Shown here: one piece after another, positions 46,470 through 60,913 of the stretch
How the letters are laid out: every line of letters starts with the position of its first letter
How positions within the stretch are numbered: the stretch's first letter is position 1
Notes under the pieces: generated by a model
Databases searched by the model: none
What the model saw: only the letters and a program-made list of their open reading frames with translations
Told to the model about the DNA's origin: nothing
Source of the DNA: Chrysomallon squamiferum
Lineage: Eukaryota > Animalia > Mollusca
Length of the DNA stretch: 64,000 bases
Assembly (NCBI GenBank): GCA_012295275.1
Contig: CM022676.1
Coordinates: 8,742,001-8,806,000 of the forward strand
Reading direction: 5' to 3'
Translations under genes and position numbers: made by a program

Positions 46470-46470
46470 G
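45590..46470. repeat. Long (AGT/GGT)n tract followed by complementary (ACT)n and then (ATT)n
   Basis: Directly visible. It is the source of the poly-V/S/G/T ORF artefacts. Confidence 0.95.
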
Positions 46471-47361
46471 CCTTTCATCTTGTGAAGCAGTCTGCAAGTG
46501 ATTTTCTTTTTAAGGTTTTATTCGAAATAAAATATAATTGACTTTTAACACACATCAGTTCATGAAAAAAAAAAAAGGGCAAAAATAACAATATCGACAA
46601 AATAACACAAAACACAAAATTGTCGTACTGTGAAATTAATGGCAGCTTTGAAACCTGCAAATAATGAAAATACTGTTCCATCTTCCCATCATTTCGATCA
46701 TCAATTCTCAAAAAAAAAAAAAAAAAAAAACACAAAAATTAATTTTATAGTGTTAAAAAAATATTTGTTCAATAACTTCATTTTTTTTTTTTTTTTTTTT
46801 TTTTAAACTGTTACAATAAAGCCTAGCCTCGGGCTAAAATCTTTCAATTTCTAACGAATCAGCAACGTTTTTGTATAACGGCAACCAATCAGAACGTTTG
46901 TTACAAAAAAACAACACGTAAAGGAAGCCATGTTTGTTTAGCGAAACTCGAGTACACTCTACGTTACTTGAAGCTATTGAACATCTAATATAACAAAATC
47001 TAACCTGACCTTTAAACCGCTCACACAGAGGGGTATTAGTAAAGATACCCTGCAGGTTTGCGAGATCAAATCCTTTCAGAGAACAGCTGGAAGTTACATT
47101 ATAAAAAGTATCGCGGATTAATATGCAACGTATTAATACCAGCGACTTGTATGCCACTCTTCCGTACCAACCCTGATACAATATTTAACTTATTTAACAC
47201 TTGGCTGTATTAGATATGACTAACAGCAAGCTAACTCTCACTATATATTTGAATTTGACTTAATTAATTATCTACAACACTAGATATAACTTTCCTACTA
47301 ACTGATTCGTCAACTTACTAATTCCAACGTTGTCTTCAACACAACTAGTCCACGAAAACGC

Positions 47362-47844
47362 TAATCCTGTAACACTGTATTTAATATAACTAATCCGAAG
47401 ACAGTAAATTTATTCTGATACTCTGTAGAATTAGAGTATATAGAAGAATGAATTAGAGATATATAATAACAAAATTAAAATGCGCATGCGTGGAAGTTTA
47501 CTAACTAATCCACAAACTACTAATGTCTTTAATTTAACTAATCTTTCACTAATCCACACGTATCATTTACTTTGACTTCAATACTCTGATATACAAATCA
47601 TCCGTATATAATTCTTAACTTAATCAGTACTTAAAACCAGTCCTGATATCTAATGTATTCCTGTTCATTTTAATTTTAGTTTTGTTATTATATATCTGTA
47701 ATACATTCTTCTCTGTACTGTAATCATATAGATTGTGATAATAAAATCATTGTCGTTGTCATTGTTACTGTCAGTTCATTTGATTTCACTGCAGGTAATC
47801 CGCTATAGAATAATCCAGTACACTAATCCTCACTATTTTAATCC
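47362..47844 (+). promoter_or_regulatory. Homotypic cluster of eight same-strand TAATCC motifs (K50-homeodomain-type site, or a decayed repeat)
   Basis: TAATCC at 47362, 47391, 47506, 47550, 47796, 47811, 47824 and 47839, plus TAATCT at 47539. Confidence 0.4.
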
Positions 47845-47989
47845 AGCTGAAACTACGTGTGTGTATGTGTATGTGTGTGCATATGCGTACATACATAAAC
47901 GCATGCACACAGTTTTATTTATATATTTAACTCGAAGACTATTTCACCACAGTTTATCAAGTGAAAGATCTCAATAATACTACTAATAT

Positions 47990-48117
<128 letters not shown>

Positions 48118-48495
48118 ATCTATCTATCTATCTATCTTCTATCTATCTATCCATCCATCCATCTATCAACAAGGACACAGCGAAGGATAAACATGATATT
48201 AAACCCAGCTATTATGCCGAAACCGTACATGGTCGCACCAATATAAATTAACCCAATTCGACAACACAAAACGCATCATCAATGAAACCCTTGAAACGAT
48301 TAAAAAAAAAAAATAATAAAAAAAAATAAAAATAAAAAAATATTAATATAGTGTTTTCCCAACAGAGTGCTTTTGTTTGTCACTCTGTTATGAATGTTGC
48401 TTTTAAAGGATTAACGTAAAGAACATATTAAGCTGGTACTGAAGTCATTATTGATCCTATATGACCTGTATAAAAGTTAATCATTGAAAGATACA

Positions 48496-48526
<31 letters not shown>

Positions 48527-48678
48527 TCATGATACAGGTTAAGTGGTAATTAAGACACCAGATGAATTATGTACGTGATTATTTTAAATAGTTAATTCAT
48601 GACCATGAAACCAGCCTGTTATTTCATACAGCTAATGTGAGTGCTTAAATACGTAACACTAAAAATACTGCGGTTATA

Positions 48679-51600
48679 ACTGTTATAGCTCTAAGTATAT
48701 AACAGTATACATAGGACTGTTATAGCTCTAAGTACATAACAGTATACATAGGACTGTTATACATAGGACTGTTATAGCTCTAAGTACATAACAGTGTACA
48801 TATGACTGTTATAGCTCTAAGTATATAACAGTATACATAGGACTGTTATAGCTCTAAGTACATAACAGTATACATAGGACTGTTATAGCTCTAAGTACAT
48901 AACAGTATACATAGGACTGTTATAGCTCTAAGTACATAACAGTATACATAGGACTGTTATAGCTCTAAGTACGTAACAGTATACATAGGACTGTTATAGC
49001 TCTAAGTACGTAACAGTATACATAGGACTGTTATAGCTCTAAGTACGTAACAGTATACATAGGACTGTTATAGCTCTAAGTATATAACAGTATGCATAGG
49101 ACTGTTATAGCTCTAAGTACATAACAGTATACATAATTCTGTTATAGCTCTAAGTACATAACAGTATACATACATAGGACTGTTATACATAGGGACTGTT
49201 ATAGCTCTAAGTACATAACAGTAAACATAGGACTGTTATAGCTCTAAGTACATAACAGTAAACATAGGACTGTTATAGCTCTAAGTACATAACAGTGTAC
49301 ATAGGACTGTTATAGCTCTAAGTACATAACAGTATACATAGGACTGTTATAGCTCTAAGTACATAACAGTAAACATAGGACTGTTATAGCTCTAAGTACA
49401 TAACAGTGTACATAGGACTGTTATAGCTCTAAGTACATAACAGTATACATAGGACTGTTATAGCTCTAAGTACATAACAGTAAACATAGGACTGTTATAG
49501 CTCTAAGTACATAACAGTAAACATAGGACTGTTATAGCTCTAAGTACATAACAGTGTACATAGGACTGTTATAGCTCTAAGTACATAACAGTAAACATAG
49601 GACTGTTATACATAGGACTGTTATAGCTCTAAGTATATAACAGTGTACATAGGACTGTTATAGCTCTAAGTACATAACAGTAAACATAGGACTGTTATAG
49701 CTCTAAGTACATAACAGTATACATAGGACTGTTATAGCTCTAAGTACATAACAGTATACATAGGACTGTTATAGCTCTAAGTACGTAACAGTATACATAG
49801 GACTGTTATAGCTCTAAGTACGTAACAGTATACATAGGACTGTTATAGCTCTAAGTATATAACAGTATGCATAGGACTGTTATAGCTCTAAGTACATAAC
49901 AGTATACATAGGACTGTTATAGCACTAAGTACATAACAGTATACATAGGACTGTTATACATAGGACTGTTATAGCTCTAAGTACATAACAGTAAACATAG
50001 GACTGTTATAGCTCTAAGTACATAACAGTAAACATAGGACTGTTATAGCTCTAAGTACATAACAGTGTACATAGGACTGTTATAGCTCTAAGTACATAAC
50101 AGTATACATAGGACTGTTATAGCTCTAAGTACATAACAGTAAACATAGGACTGTTATAGCTCTAAGTACATAACAGTGTACATAGGACTGTTATAGCTCT
50201 AAGTACATAACAGTATACATAGGACTGTTATAGCTCTAAGTACATAACAGTAAACATAGGACTGTTATAGCTCTAAGTACATAACAGTAAACATAGGACT
50301 GTTATAGCTCTAAGTACATAACAGTGTACATATGACTGTTATAGCTCTAAGTACATAACAGTAAACATAGGACTGTTATACATAGGACTGTTATAGCTCT
50401 AAGTACATAACAGTATACATAGGACTGTTATAGCTCTAAGTACATAACAGTATACATAGGACTGTTATACATAGGACTGTTATAGCTCTAAGTACATAAC
50501 AGTAAACATAGGACTGTTATAGCTCTAAGTACATAACAGTAAACATAGGACTGTTATAGCTCTAAGTACATAACAGTGTACATAGGACTGTTATAGCTCT
50601 AAGTACATAACAGTATACATAGGACTGTTATAGCTCTAAGTACATAACAGTAAACATAGGACTGTTATAGCTCTAAGTACATAACAGTGTACATAGGACT
50701 GTTATAGCTCTAAGTACATAACAGTATACATAGGACTGTTATAGCTCTAAGTACATAACAGTAAACATAGGACTGTTATAGCTCTAAGTACATAACAGTA
50801 AACATAGGACTGTTATAGCTCTAAGTACATAACAGTGTACATATGACTGTTATAGCTCTAAGTACATAACAGTAAACATAGGACTGTTATACATAGGACT
50901 GTTATAGCTCTAAGTATATAACAGTGTACATAGGACTGTTATAGCTCTAAGTACATAACAGTAAACATAGGACTGTTATAGCTCTAAGTACATAACAGTA
51001 TACATAGGACTGTTATAGCTCTAAGTACATAACAGTATACATAGGACTGTTATACATAGGACTGTTATAGCTCTAAGTACATAACAGTAAACATAGGACT
51101 GTTATAGCTCTAAGTACATAACAGTAAACATAGGACTGTTATAGCTCTAAGTACATAACAGTGTACATAGGACTGTTATAGCTCTAAGTACATAACAGTA
51201 AACATAGGACTGTTATACATAGGACTGTTATAGCTCTAAGTATATAACAGTGTACATAGGACTGTTATAGCTCTAAGTACATAACAGTAAACATAGGACT
51301 GTTATAGCTCTAAGTACATAACAGTATACATAGGACTGTTATAGCTCTAAGTACATAACAGTATACATAGGACTGTTATAGCTCTAAGTACGTAACAGTA
51401 TACATAGGACTGTTATAGCTCTAAGTACGTAACAGTATACATAGGACTGTTATAGCTCTAAGTATATAACAGTATGCATAGGACTGTTATAGGTCTAAGT
51501 ACATAACAGTATACATAGGACTGTTATAGCTCTAAGTACATAACAGTATACATAGGACTGTTATACATAGGACTGTTATAGCTCTAAGTACATAACAGTA

Positions 51601-53038
51601 AACATAGGACTGTTATAGCTCTAAGTACATAACAGTGTACATAGGACTGTTATAGCTCTAAGTACATAACAGTATACATAGGACTGTTATAGCTCTAAGT
51701 ACATAACAGTAAACATAGGACTGTTATAGCTCTAAGTACATAACAGTGTACATAGGACTGTTATAGCTCTAAGTACATAACAGTATACATAGGACTGTTA
51801 TAGCTCTAAGTACATAACAGTAAACATAGGACTGTTATAGCTCTAAGTACATAACAGTAAACATAGGACTGTTATAGCTCTAAGTACATAACAGTGTACA
51901 TATGACTGTTATAGCTCTAAGTACATAACAGTAAACATAGGACTGTTACATAGGACTGTTATACATAGGACTGTTATAGCTCTAAGTACATAACAGTATA
52001 CATAGGACTGTTATAGCTCTAAGTACATAACAGTATACATAGGACTGTTATAGCTCTAAGTACATAACAGTATACATAGGACTGTTATACATAGGACTGT
52101 TATAGCTCTAAGTACATAACAGTAAACATAGGACTGTTATAGCTCTAAGTACATAACAGTAAACATAGGACTGTTATAGCTCTAAGTACATAACAGTGTA
52201 CATAGGACTGTTATAGCTCTAAGTACATAACAGTAAACATAGGACTGTTATACATAGGACTGTTATAGCTCTAAGTACATAACAGTGTACATAGGACTGT
52301 TATAGCTCTAAGTACATAACAGTAAACATAGGACTGTTATACATAGGACTGTTATAGCTCTAAGTATATAACAGTGTACATAGGACTGTTATAGCTCTAA
52401 GTACATAACAGTATACATAGGACTGTTATAGCTCTAAGTACATAACAGTATACATAGGACTGTTATACATAGGACTGTTATAGCTCTAAGTACATAACAG
52501 TAAACATAGGACTGTTATAGCTCTAAGTACATAACAGTATACATAGGACTGTTATAGCTCTAAGTACATAACAGTGTACATAGGACTGTTATAGCTCTAA
52601 GTACATAACAGTATACATAGGACTGTTATAGCTCTAAGTATATAACATTATACATTGTTATACATAACAGGGACTGTTATAGCTCTAAGTACATAACAGT
52701 AAACATAGGACTGTTATAGCTCTAAGTACATAACAGTACATAACAGTTATACATAGGACTGTTATAGCTCTAAGTACATAACAGTATACATAGGACTGTT
52801 ATACATAGGACTGTTATAGCTCTAAGTACATAACAGTGTACATAGGACTGTTATAGCTCTAAGTACATAACAGTATACATAGGACTGTTATAGCTCTAAG
52901 TATATAACAGTATACATAGGACTGTTATAGTTCTAAGTACATAACAGTATACATAGGACTGTTATAGCTCTAAGTACATAACAGTATACACATGGCTGTT
53001 ATAGCTCTAAGTATATAACAGTATACATAGGACTGTTA
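48679..53038. repeat. Tandem minisatellite array, 37-bp unit GGACTGTTATAGCTCTAAGTACATAACAGT(AT/AA/GT)ACATA, interspersed with 15-bp deleted units GGACTGTTATACATA; roughly 120 units
   Basis: Head-to-tail near-identical units are directly visible over ~4.36 kb. Each unit has an internal inverted repeat ACTGTTAT/ATAACAGT and there are no spacers. Confidence 0.97.
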
Positions 53039-54112
53039 ACGCATGTTATATCAGTTGTGCGGTCTTTCATGATGGTGATAACAACACCAACGAGAACGTC
53101 GACGACAATAACAATCACAAGATCTAAACTAGTTAAAGAACAATAACAACAACTAAAAATTAAAACTTTTTTTTTTGCTAGAATATCGTCAGGCATTCAT
53201 TGATTCAATTCGCAGTTGTTTATCTGTTTATCATTTATTATAGGACTGTATCGCCTAAAGAACAATGTTGCAATCATTCATTTAATTTACAATTTTTTTA
53301 ATCTTTTTTTTATCAATTATATATGACTACTTCTCTGACTACTACAGCTACTACAATATAACAGCTGTTACTATTACAACTATTACTACTGCTACAAAAA
53401 CAACAGCTACTACAGCTATTATTACGATTACTACCTGAACAATATTACTACTGTTATTACAACTAAAACAGCAATATCTACAAGTACTACTAGTATTACT
53501 AGTATTGCTACAACTAAGTACTACTACTGTTACTACCACTACTACTACTTCTATACCACTTTACTAGTATTATTACCATTACTACTACTTCTGTTGTTTT
53601 TGCTATTATGCTGTAGCTAACAAACAACACCAGCAACATCATCGACAAACGCAAAAGCAAAACAACAACAACAACAACAACAACAATAAGAAGAAGAATA
53701 ACAGAAATGATTATTGTTTAAAAAAAAAAAAAAAATAGATAAAGTAATTTAGTTCCTTACGTAATTCTTACAAATCTTCTGAATTTTAAATATTTAGTTT
53801 TCCAATAATCGCTCTTGATTTTCGCGAATTTTACCTTTTTACAGGAGAAGAATACATTTTAATGACATTAAAAAATCATTACGTAGTTTAGATTGGATTT
53901 TGGTAAGGATTTAAAAAAAAAAAAACAAATGAGCTGTCTAGAATCTAATTAGTTCGAAAAGAAAAACGTAAATAAGACAGAATAAAAAATCAATGATAAT
54001 AAAAAAAAGAAAAAGAGAAGTAATAAAATATAAAATAAAATAAATTAAAATAAATAAAAACCAATCAAGTAAAATAAATAAATAAATAATAATGATGATG
54101 ATGATAATAATA

Positions 54113-54151
<39 letters not shown>

Positions 54152-54737
54152 CATTTATAATAGTAATTGCAATAGTAATAATAATAATAATAATGATAAT
54201 AATAATAATATTAATAATAATAATAATAATAATAGTAACAATAATAAATACATTTATAATAATAATTGCAATAATAATAATAATAATAATAAATAAATAA
54301 CTAAATAATAATAATAACTAAATAAATAACTAAATAATAATAATAATAATAAAAAAAATTAATAATAAAGAAGAAGAAGAAGAAGAAGAAGAAGATTAAA
54401 TACGATCGCAACGGTATTTCATACAAAGGAATAATATTCGTTTCGTTTCAATAAAAATCAAGATTAACACAAAAATTGATTAAAACGAGACTATCAACGT
54501 ATGGTTGAATGACATCACGTGTCATCAACGGCAGAATGTGACGTATAAAAAAAAAAAAAAAAAAAAATTCTCGATTGCTCACCAAGTGCAATCAAGAATA
54601 ATGTGCCTTGAAAACACATTGGGGGTATTACTGACGATATGGGTTTTTTCTCAGCTACTCGATTTCATAACCAGAGTTTAATTACTCTGGGGTTGGCGGG
54701 GCGAGCAGGGGAAGGAGGGATGTACAGCGAGCGTGTG

Positions 54738-54816
<79 letters not shown>

Positions 54817-54893
54817 ATTTTTAACGATAATTTAAACTATTTCAGGATGTGCTTTTATATTATTATTTGCTGATTTCATTATTTTTATTTATG

Positions 54894-54949
<56 letters not shown>

Positions 54950-55244
54950 GTATATATATATTTATAATTTACTAAGAGCAACACTTACCTTATTATATAA
55001 CATTTTTGTTCAGCAATAGCTAATAAAAGACAAAGAAATAAAAACTTGTTGTCAAATTTCTTATTGATTTTTAAGATGCATTTGCTGAATATTATATTTA
55101 TTTTATATTTTTATTTCTACTCCCATACTGTTCAGAAACTTGTTAATTTTAAAAGGAATGTTGCAATTATCTGTTAGCAAAATGCATTTGAAAGAAAGAA
55201 AAAAAACTCAGTTTCTAAATGGTAAATAAAAGAGAAAGTGTGTG

Positions 55245-55346
<102 letters not shown>

Positions 55347-55786
55347 GTAGAGAGGTAAACAGTTTTTGTATGTAAAGCGTCATTTAATCGTTTTATCTTC
55401 CTTTTATCTTCTTCTTTTCTTCTGTTATTGAAACTTTGTGACATTTGTTTTACACGTATCTGTGTGAAACTAGGTCAGGCTGGTATGACATTATCAACAT
55501 GATTGATGAATCAGAATCAAATTACATTGGAACTTTTTGAAATAAAAAAAAAAAATAAAAAAAAGGAAAGTAACAAAACGAGAAAGAAAAACAAACAATA
55601 ATCATATCATCAAGAAGGGGAATAAAAAATGAATGAATGAAGAAATACATCATTAAATAAATAAACAAACAAACAAATAAATAGATAGATAGATATTTAA
55701 ATAAATAGGTAGATAGATAAATACTTAAATATAAATAAATAAATGAATAAATAAATATATAAATAAATAGGTAGATAGATAAATAC

Positions 55787-55826
<40 letters not shown>

Positions 55827-56602
55827 ATACACAAAAAGTAGATAAGTAGACAGACAGACAGACTAACAGATAGATAAATAAATAAATAAATAAATAAAAT
55901 AATGAATTTTTTTGCCAGTTATTGTAATTATGGCAATTATGGTGATTAATAACAATTCGCCAACATAACAACACCACAAGAACAACAACAACAACAACAG
56001 TATAATAATAACAACAACAAGATTATTATAACAATGATAACAACAACAACAACAACAACAGTACAACATAATAATAATACTAATAATAGTAATAATAATA
56101 ATAATAATAATCATTAAGAAATTAAAGATAAAAACGAGATGAACCTTCTGACACTTTCCCTTTGATAAAAATACTCTTCACCATTCTCGTCCATCTTTCG
56201 TGGGAACTCACGCGCATTTTCGCGCTCTTTTGAGTACCTTTTCTTCTCTTCCTCCAAAGAGAAAAAAAAGAAAGAAGAGAGTTTGTTATATAAAAAAAAG
56301 AATCTCCTCAAAGAGGAGAGCTCTGCACCTGTTAATCCAAAATTGGTCTCATTTATGTTAATGGCGCTATTCCGCAAATAAGGAAACGCGTTTTAATTTT
56401 CTGCAACAATTCTTGAAAAGAATTGAAAGAATTGTCGTCTTTAAAATGGCTCTTTTGAATTGGCCGAGGCTCTGCAGAAAAAAAAAGGAACTGTCTTGGA
56501 ATGGCTAGTTCTTTTTAACAATCGATTCGTATTCTTGGCTCGTTCTACTTTGAAACGGGGCAATAAAAAGCTTTTTATTAGCTATATAAACAAGCGACAG
56601 AG

Positions 56603-56634
<32 letters not shown>

Positions 56635-57899
56635 GAAGAAGAAGAAGAAAAGGAAGAAAAAGATAAAGGAGGACAAGTGACTGTTATAAACAAAGCTGTT
56701 TTTAAGTAACCCATAAAGAACTTTTTTTTTTTAAATGTTGAACTAAGGGTACGAAGTATTTTGTTTTTCAAATAGATATATATGCGCTAAATCTTGTTTA
56801 CGTACATGCAAATACTTAGCTGTTTCCATGGATCAATACTTAGAAAGAACAATATAGAAAAGGAAAGAAAAGGAAACGAAAACAATAAAAGGAAACATTT
56901 ATAATAAAATTAACTCAAGCATTAAAAAATAATAATAATAAAATAAAAATAAAATAAAACAAAATAAATCAAACAAACAAGCAATAAATTTAAAAAAAAT
57001 ATATATAATAATAATAAAATAAAAACATAATAACAATAACAACAACAAAAACAAAATCACAAAAGAGAATAATAAATAAAAATAATAATAATAATAAAGA
57101 AGCAAAAAAAAAACCAAACGAAAACTTTAAATGCCAAATGTTAACAAAACAATAAAACAAACAAAATATTAACAGCGAGTTTGAAACGTAGGTGTCAGTT
57201 CGATGCATTGTTTTTGTTCACAATCTTTAACATTCTCTTTTCTTTTTGTTTTGTACGACAATCCTTCTTTTTTAACCATTTCGTTTTATTTACCTTTGTT
57301 TGACACCCAGTAACCGATATATTTTTCGTGCTGGGGTGTCGACAAAACATTCATTCATTCATTCATTCATCCATTCATCCATTCATCCATTCATTCATCT
57401 TTTTGCTTACAGCGTCCATTACTCTATCCTTATCATTTGGAACAATCATTATTCTTTTGTCCATGGCTTATATTTCCATTACTTTTAACCCTTTCGTTTC
57501 CAAATACCTTCCATTAGAAGACATTTTTGACATAACGACTCGTCTGTTTTACGGTAAAGAATCGTTAATATACAAACACGATAAAGTTGTCACTAAACAA
57601 GTAAAATATTGACTGGTTTCGTTGAATAAAATAAACACTGGTCGACTGGCTCACTGACTGTTTGATCGATCGATCGATTGATCTTGATAGCTATTGATAG
57701 GCTCAGTTAGTTACTAAGTGACAGACATTTAAGTCTGTGCGGATTTTTTTTGTTTGTTTTGTTGTTGTCGTTGTTGTTGTTATTATTATTATTACTTTAT
57801 TAGTACTACATTCAACTTAATATTTCAAACTAAAATTTTCATCTAATTAAATATGGAGAAGCCGTTTGATAGTCGTTATATTTCTCTGCACACCATGGT

Positions 57900-57943
<44 letters not shown>

Positions 57944-58138
57944 TGCTTCAATAAAATACACACACACCTATTTTTTACTCTTTCTGTAAATAAGCACATA
58001 TATGTGTAAATGTGTGCGTGTGTGCGTACATATAATTATTAGTCTCTACAGGCACTTATACATGCAAACGAAAATAAGTTTATCTCGAGGATTACAGTAG
58101 TCGTTAAGTTCAAAAACAAATAAATAAATAAACGAAAG

Positions 58139-58176
<38 letters not shown>

Positions 58177-58707
58177 AAGAAACTGAAGAAGAAAATTGCT
58201 AATGGATTTCAATTCCGCGTACTTGAAATAAAATATTTCTTGTTAACACTCTATGACGTAAGTCGCATTGTCCAAAGGGAGACCACTCGACCGGGAGCCG
58301 TGCCCTGAGCACTTTATTTATAAATTCAACAGAAGTTCGATAATTTGATAATGGCGCTTTTAATTTTGCCTTGATGGACGTCCACATTTGTGTTTTTTTT
58401 CTTCTCCGATTACCGAATGATTAGCCGTTAACGAAATCCAGGTGTCGACTGGTTTCTTTCACGAAAATGACGTAATCAAATTTAAAATAATTCATGATCA
58501 GTGCCGGTCGATTTTCTTTCTCTGTTTTTACAGGTTTTTTTTTTTTTTTTTTTTTTTTTGTGTATGTTTTGTCGCAGACGATTTCGTTTTATGTTTTAGG
58601 GTTTTGAGAGAAAAAAGAGGTGTTTGAAGTTCGGTTTATTCAGTTTTTTAGCGATAAATTCCAACAATCAGAAAAATAAGAACAAGAACAGTAGTAGTAA
58701 TAGTAGA

Positions 58708-58781
<74 letters not shown>

Positions 58782-58886
58782 TAGTAGTAGTAGTAAAGTA
58801 GTAGTAGATGTAGGAATGCCAAAATACAAAACATATATTTCTACTACTATAACTACTACTACTGTTACTACTACTATTGCTACTGC

Positions 58887-58924
<38 letters not shown>

Positions 58925-59029
58925 GTGGCAGCAACAAATCTTTTACATGCACCTTCTCATAGACAAGAACCAAAAAACCTAATTAGTTAAAAAGAACTGG
59001 TTGGAACGGTAAATAAGACATTATGTGTA

Positions 59030-59226
59030 GTGAGTAGGACTGATATTGCGACTACACACGGTCTGTAGTCAATATCAGTACTCACGCCTCGCAATTTTCT
59101 ATCGTGAGTAACTCACACTTGACATTAACGCACGTATCAGTAAATACTCACGCTTTGTACCGGCGAGTGCTCACGCCTCACATCGGTGAGTACTCACGCT
59201 TAACGTGAGCACATGTTCACGCTTTC
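59030..59226. other. Cluster of GTGAGTACTCAC(GC)-type palindromes including a 56-nt bulged hairpin
   Basis: Hairpin at 59030-59085: GTGAGT-agg-ACTGATATT-gc-GACTACA / loop CACGGTC / TGTAGTC-AATATCAGT-ACTCAC. Further palindromes are GTGAGTAACTCAC (59104), GCGAGTGCTCAC (59163), GTGAGTACTCAC (59186) and GTGAGCACATGTTCAC (59205). Confidence 0.8.
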
Positions 59227-60618
59227 AAGCCAGCGCTGCAAAAACCGAACTACGCAATACGCTCATTCAGTTTGAAATAACAATGACAAAGTTAATAAAT
59301 AACCACGACAAGCCTGTTTGAAAGAATTTTTTTTTATATTTTATTTTACTATGGAAGTACGAGGTCTTAACACTAATGCAGTCTTAAATATTTTATAATC
59401 ATTTAGAGTGAAGAAGAAGAAGCCGTGCAGACATGAGTGTAATTAAAGTAACTTAATCTTTCGCTTTGTGTTGGGTTTTTTTCTTTTCTTTACGTTCCGT
59501 AAAGCTTTTTTAAAACTTTAAACGTAATCGGGGTAATCGTCTAAATTAACCGAGCTTTTATTCAACCACATGAATTTTATTCATTCTTGTACGTAATTGA
59601 GCCGGTATTTTTTATTTCATAATTTTTCTTCTTCTTTTTTTTTTTTTTCTTCTTCTTCTTCTTTTTTCTCAAAGTGTTTTTCTCCAGTTCTTTTTCCCCT
59701 TCATTCTACACGAAATGTCCATTAGTAACTTTATTTGTGTGTATACGGTCCATCTCAGGTTACGTGCGGTCTGTAACGTTGTTCTGCACCGCACCATTGA
59801 CGGTAGCCACGCGCGCGTCTTGTTTTTTTGCGGCTGATAAAGGGAGTTTATTTGTGCCTCGCCATGGCGGCATTCAACCTAAATCAATGCACGATTCCTG
59901 TTCGGTTTCAATGACTGTAATTAAACCAGTTTTTAGCTTCCGAATTCGCTCTTTATTTGTAATTGAATTTCGAACCACCGAGATTATTACGCGGTACATA
60001 CTAATTACCAACAAGTGTCACACCGGACCGGAATTTACCACGAGGCAGAAGAAAGCCATCCACTCTCAATTTCACGTTAACCCTTTATCTTCCGAGAAAG
60101 CTTTATTGTTTCCCATCTCATCAATAACTCCAGTGCAAGGACTGTTAAATTCGAATTAAAATCAAGCATTATATCTTTCCGAACTCGAAACTCTTACTAC
60201 TGTTGTGTTAAAATTAATTTTCCCTTCATTTCGATCAGTTTCTAATAACATTTTTTTCTATTTACTTTTTCGTCACTGTATATTTACTTATGTATACGTT
60301 TGATTTCTTCTAACAATAACCCGATGATAACGCTCAAACAGTTAGTAAGTTATTATGTTGCAAAATTGGTTTATTTAAAATTATCTTTTACTGTTAACTC
60401 ATATTTATTACAAAATTTTGATATCCATTTAGTACCGAATGAAAATTCAGTATGTGTAATTTAATATTATGTGAGGACGTTTAATAATTTCATTCAAATA
60501 ACAAAAATTAATTATACTGTATAGTTACAGTTATATTATTTTGGTTATTAATGCTGCTATTGCAACTGTTACTATTTATATAAATGAAACCATCAAAAGC
60601 ATACTTACATCAGTATCT

Positions 60619-60657
<39 letters not shown>

Positions 60658-60855
60658 AACACACGCAGCCTCACATATATTAAGATTGCCCCAGTGACAG
60701 TGTTTACCATATATTAATCCCAAGTATCTTGGAGGAATTTCCCAAATACTTTAAGTCTAAACAAAGAGAAATAAACCTCAGACTCCTTAAAATGTGTTTA
60801 TGTAGCTTTGGTCAAACTAGAGAGTATGCTGGGTGTGATTAGTTCAGTACCTCAC

Positions 60856-60913
<58 letters not shown>

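Noticed and set aside
46834-47181. 115-aa minus-strand ORF
   Set aside because: It has a non-ATG start, no recognisable family and no clear exon boundaries. It contains CCAAT and TGACCT motifs more typical of regulatory DNA.
48679-53038. CRISPR array (37-bp palindromic repeat)
   Set aside because: The units are contiguous with no unique spacers, there is no leader or cas gene, and the context is eukaryotic.
53040-53135. Helitron 3' end (small hairpin plus CTAG|T) after the minisatellite
   Set aside because: The hairpin TGGTG/CACCA has only 5 bp and lies ~40 nt from the CTAG, and I found no matching 5' end.
59674-60159. 161-aa non-repetitive + strand ORF
   Set aside because: It has a GTG start, no recognisable motif and no convincing splice-site pair. 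The region is rich in TAATTA/CpG motifs like the other non-coding islands. A BLASTX hit or RNA-seq coverage would overturn this.
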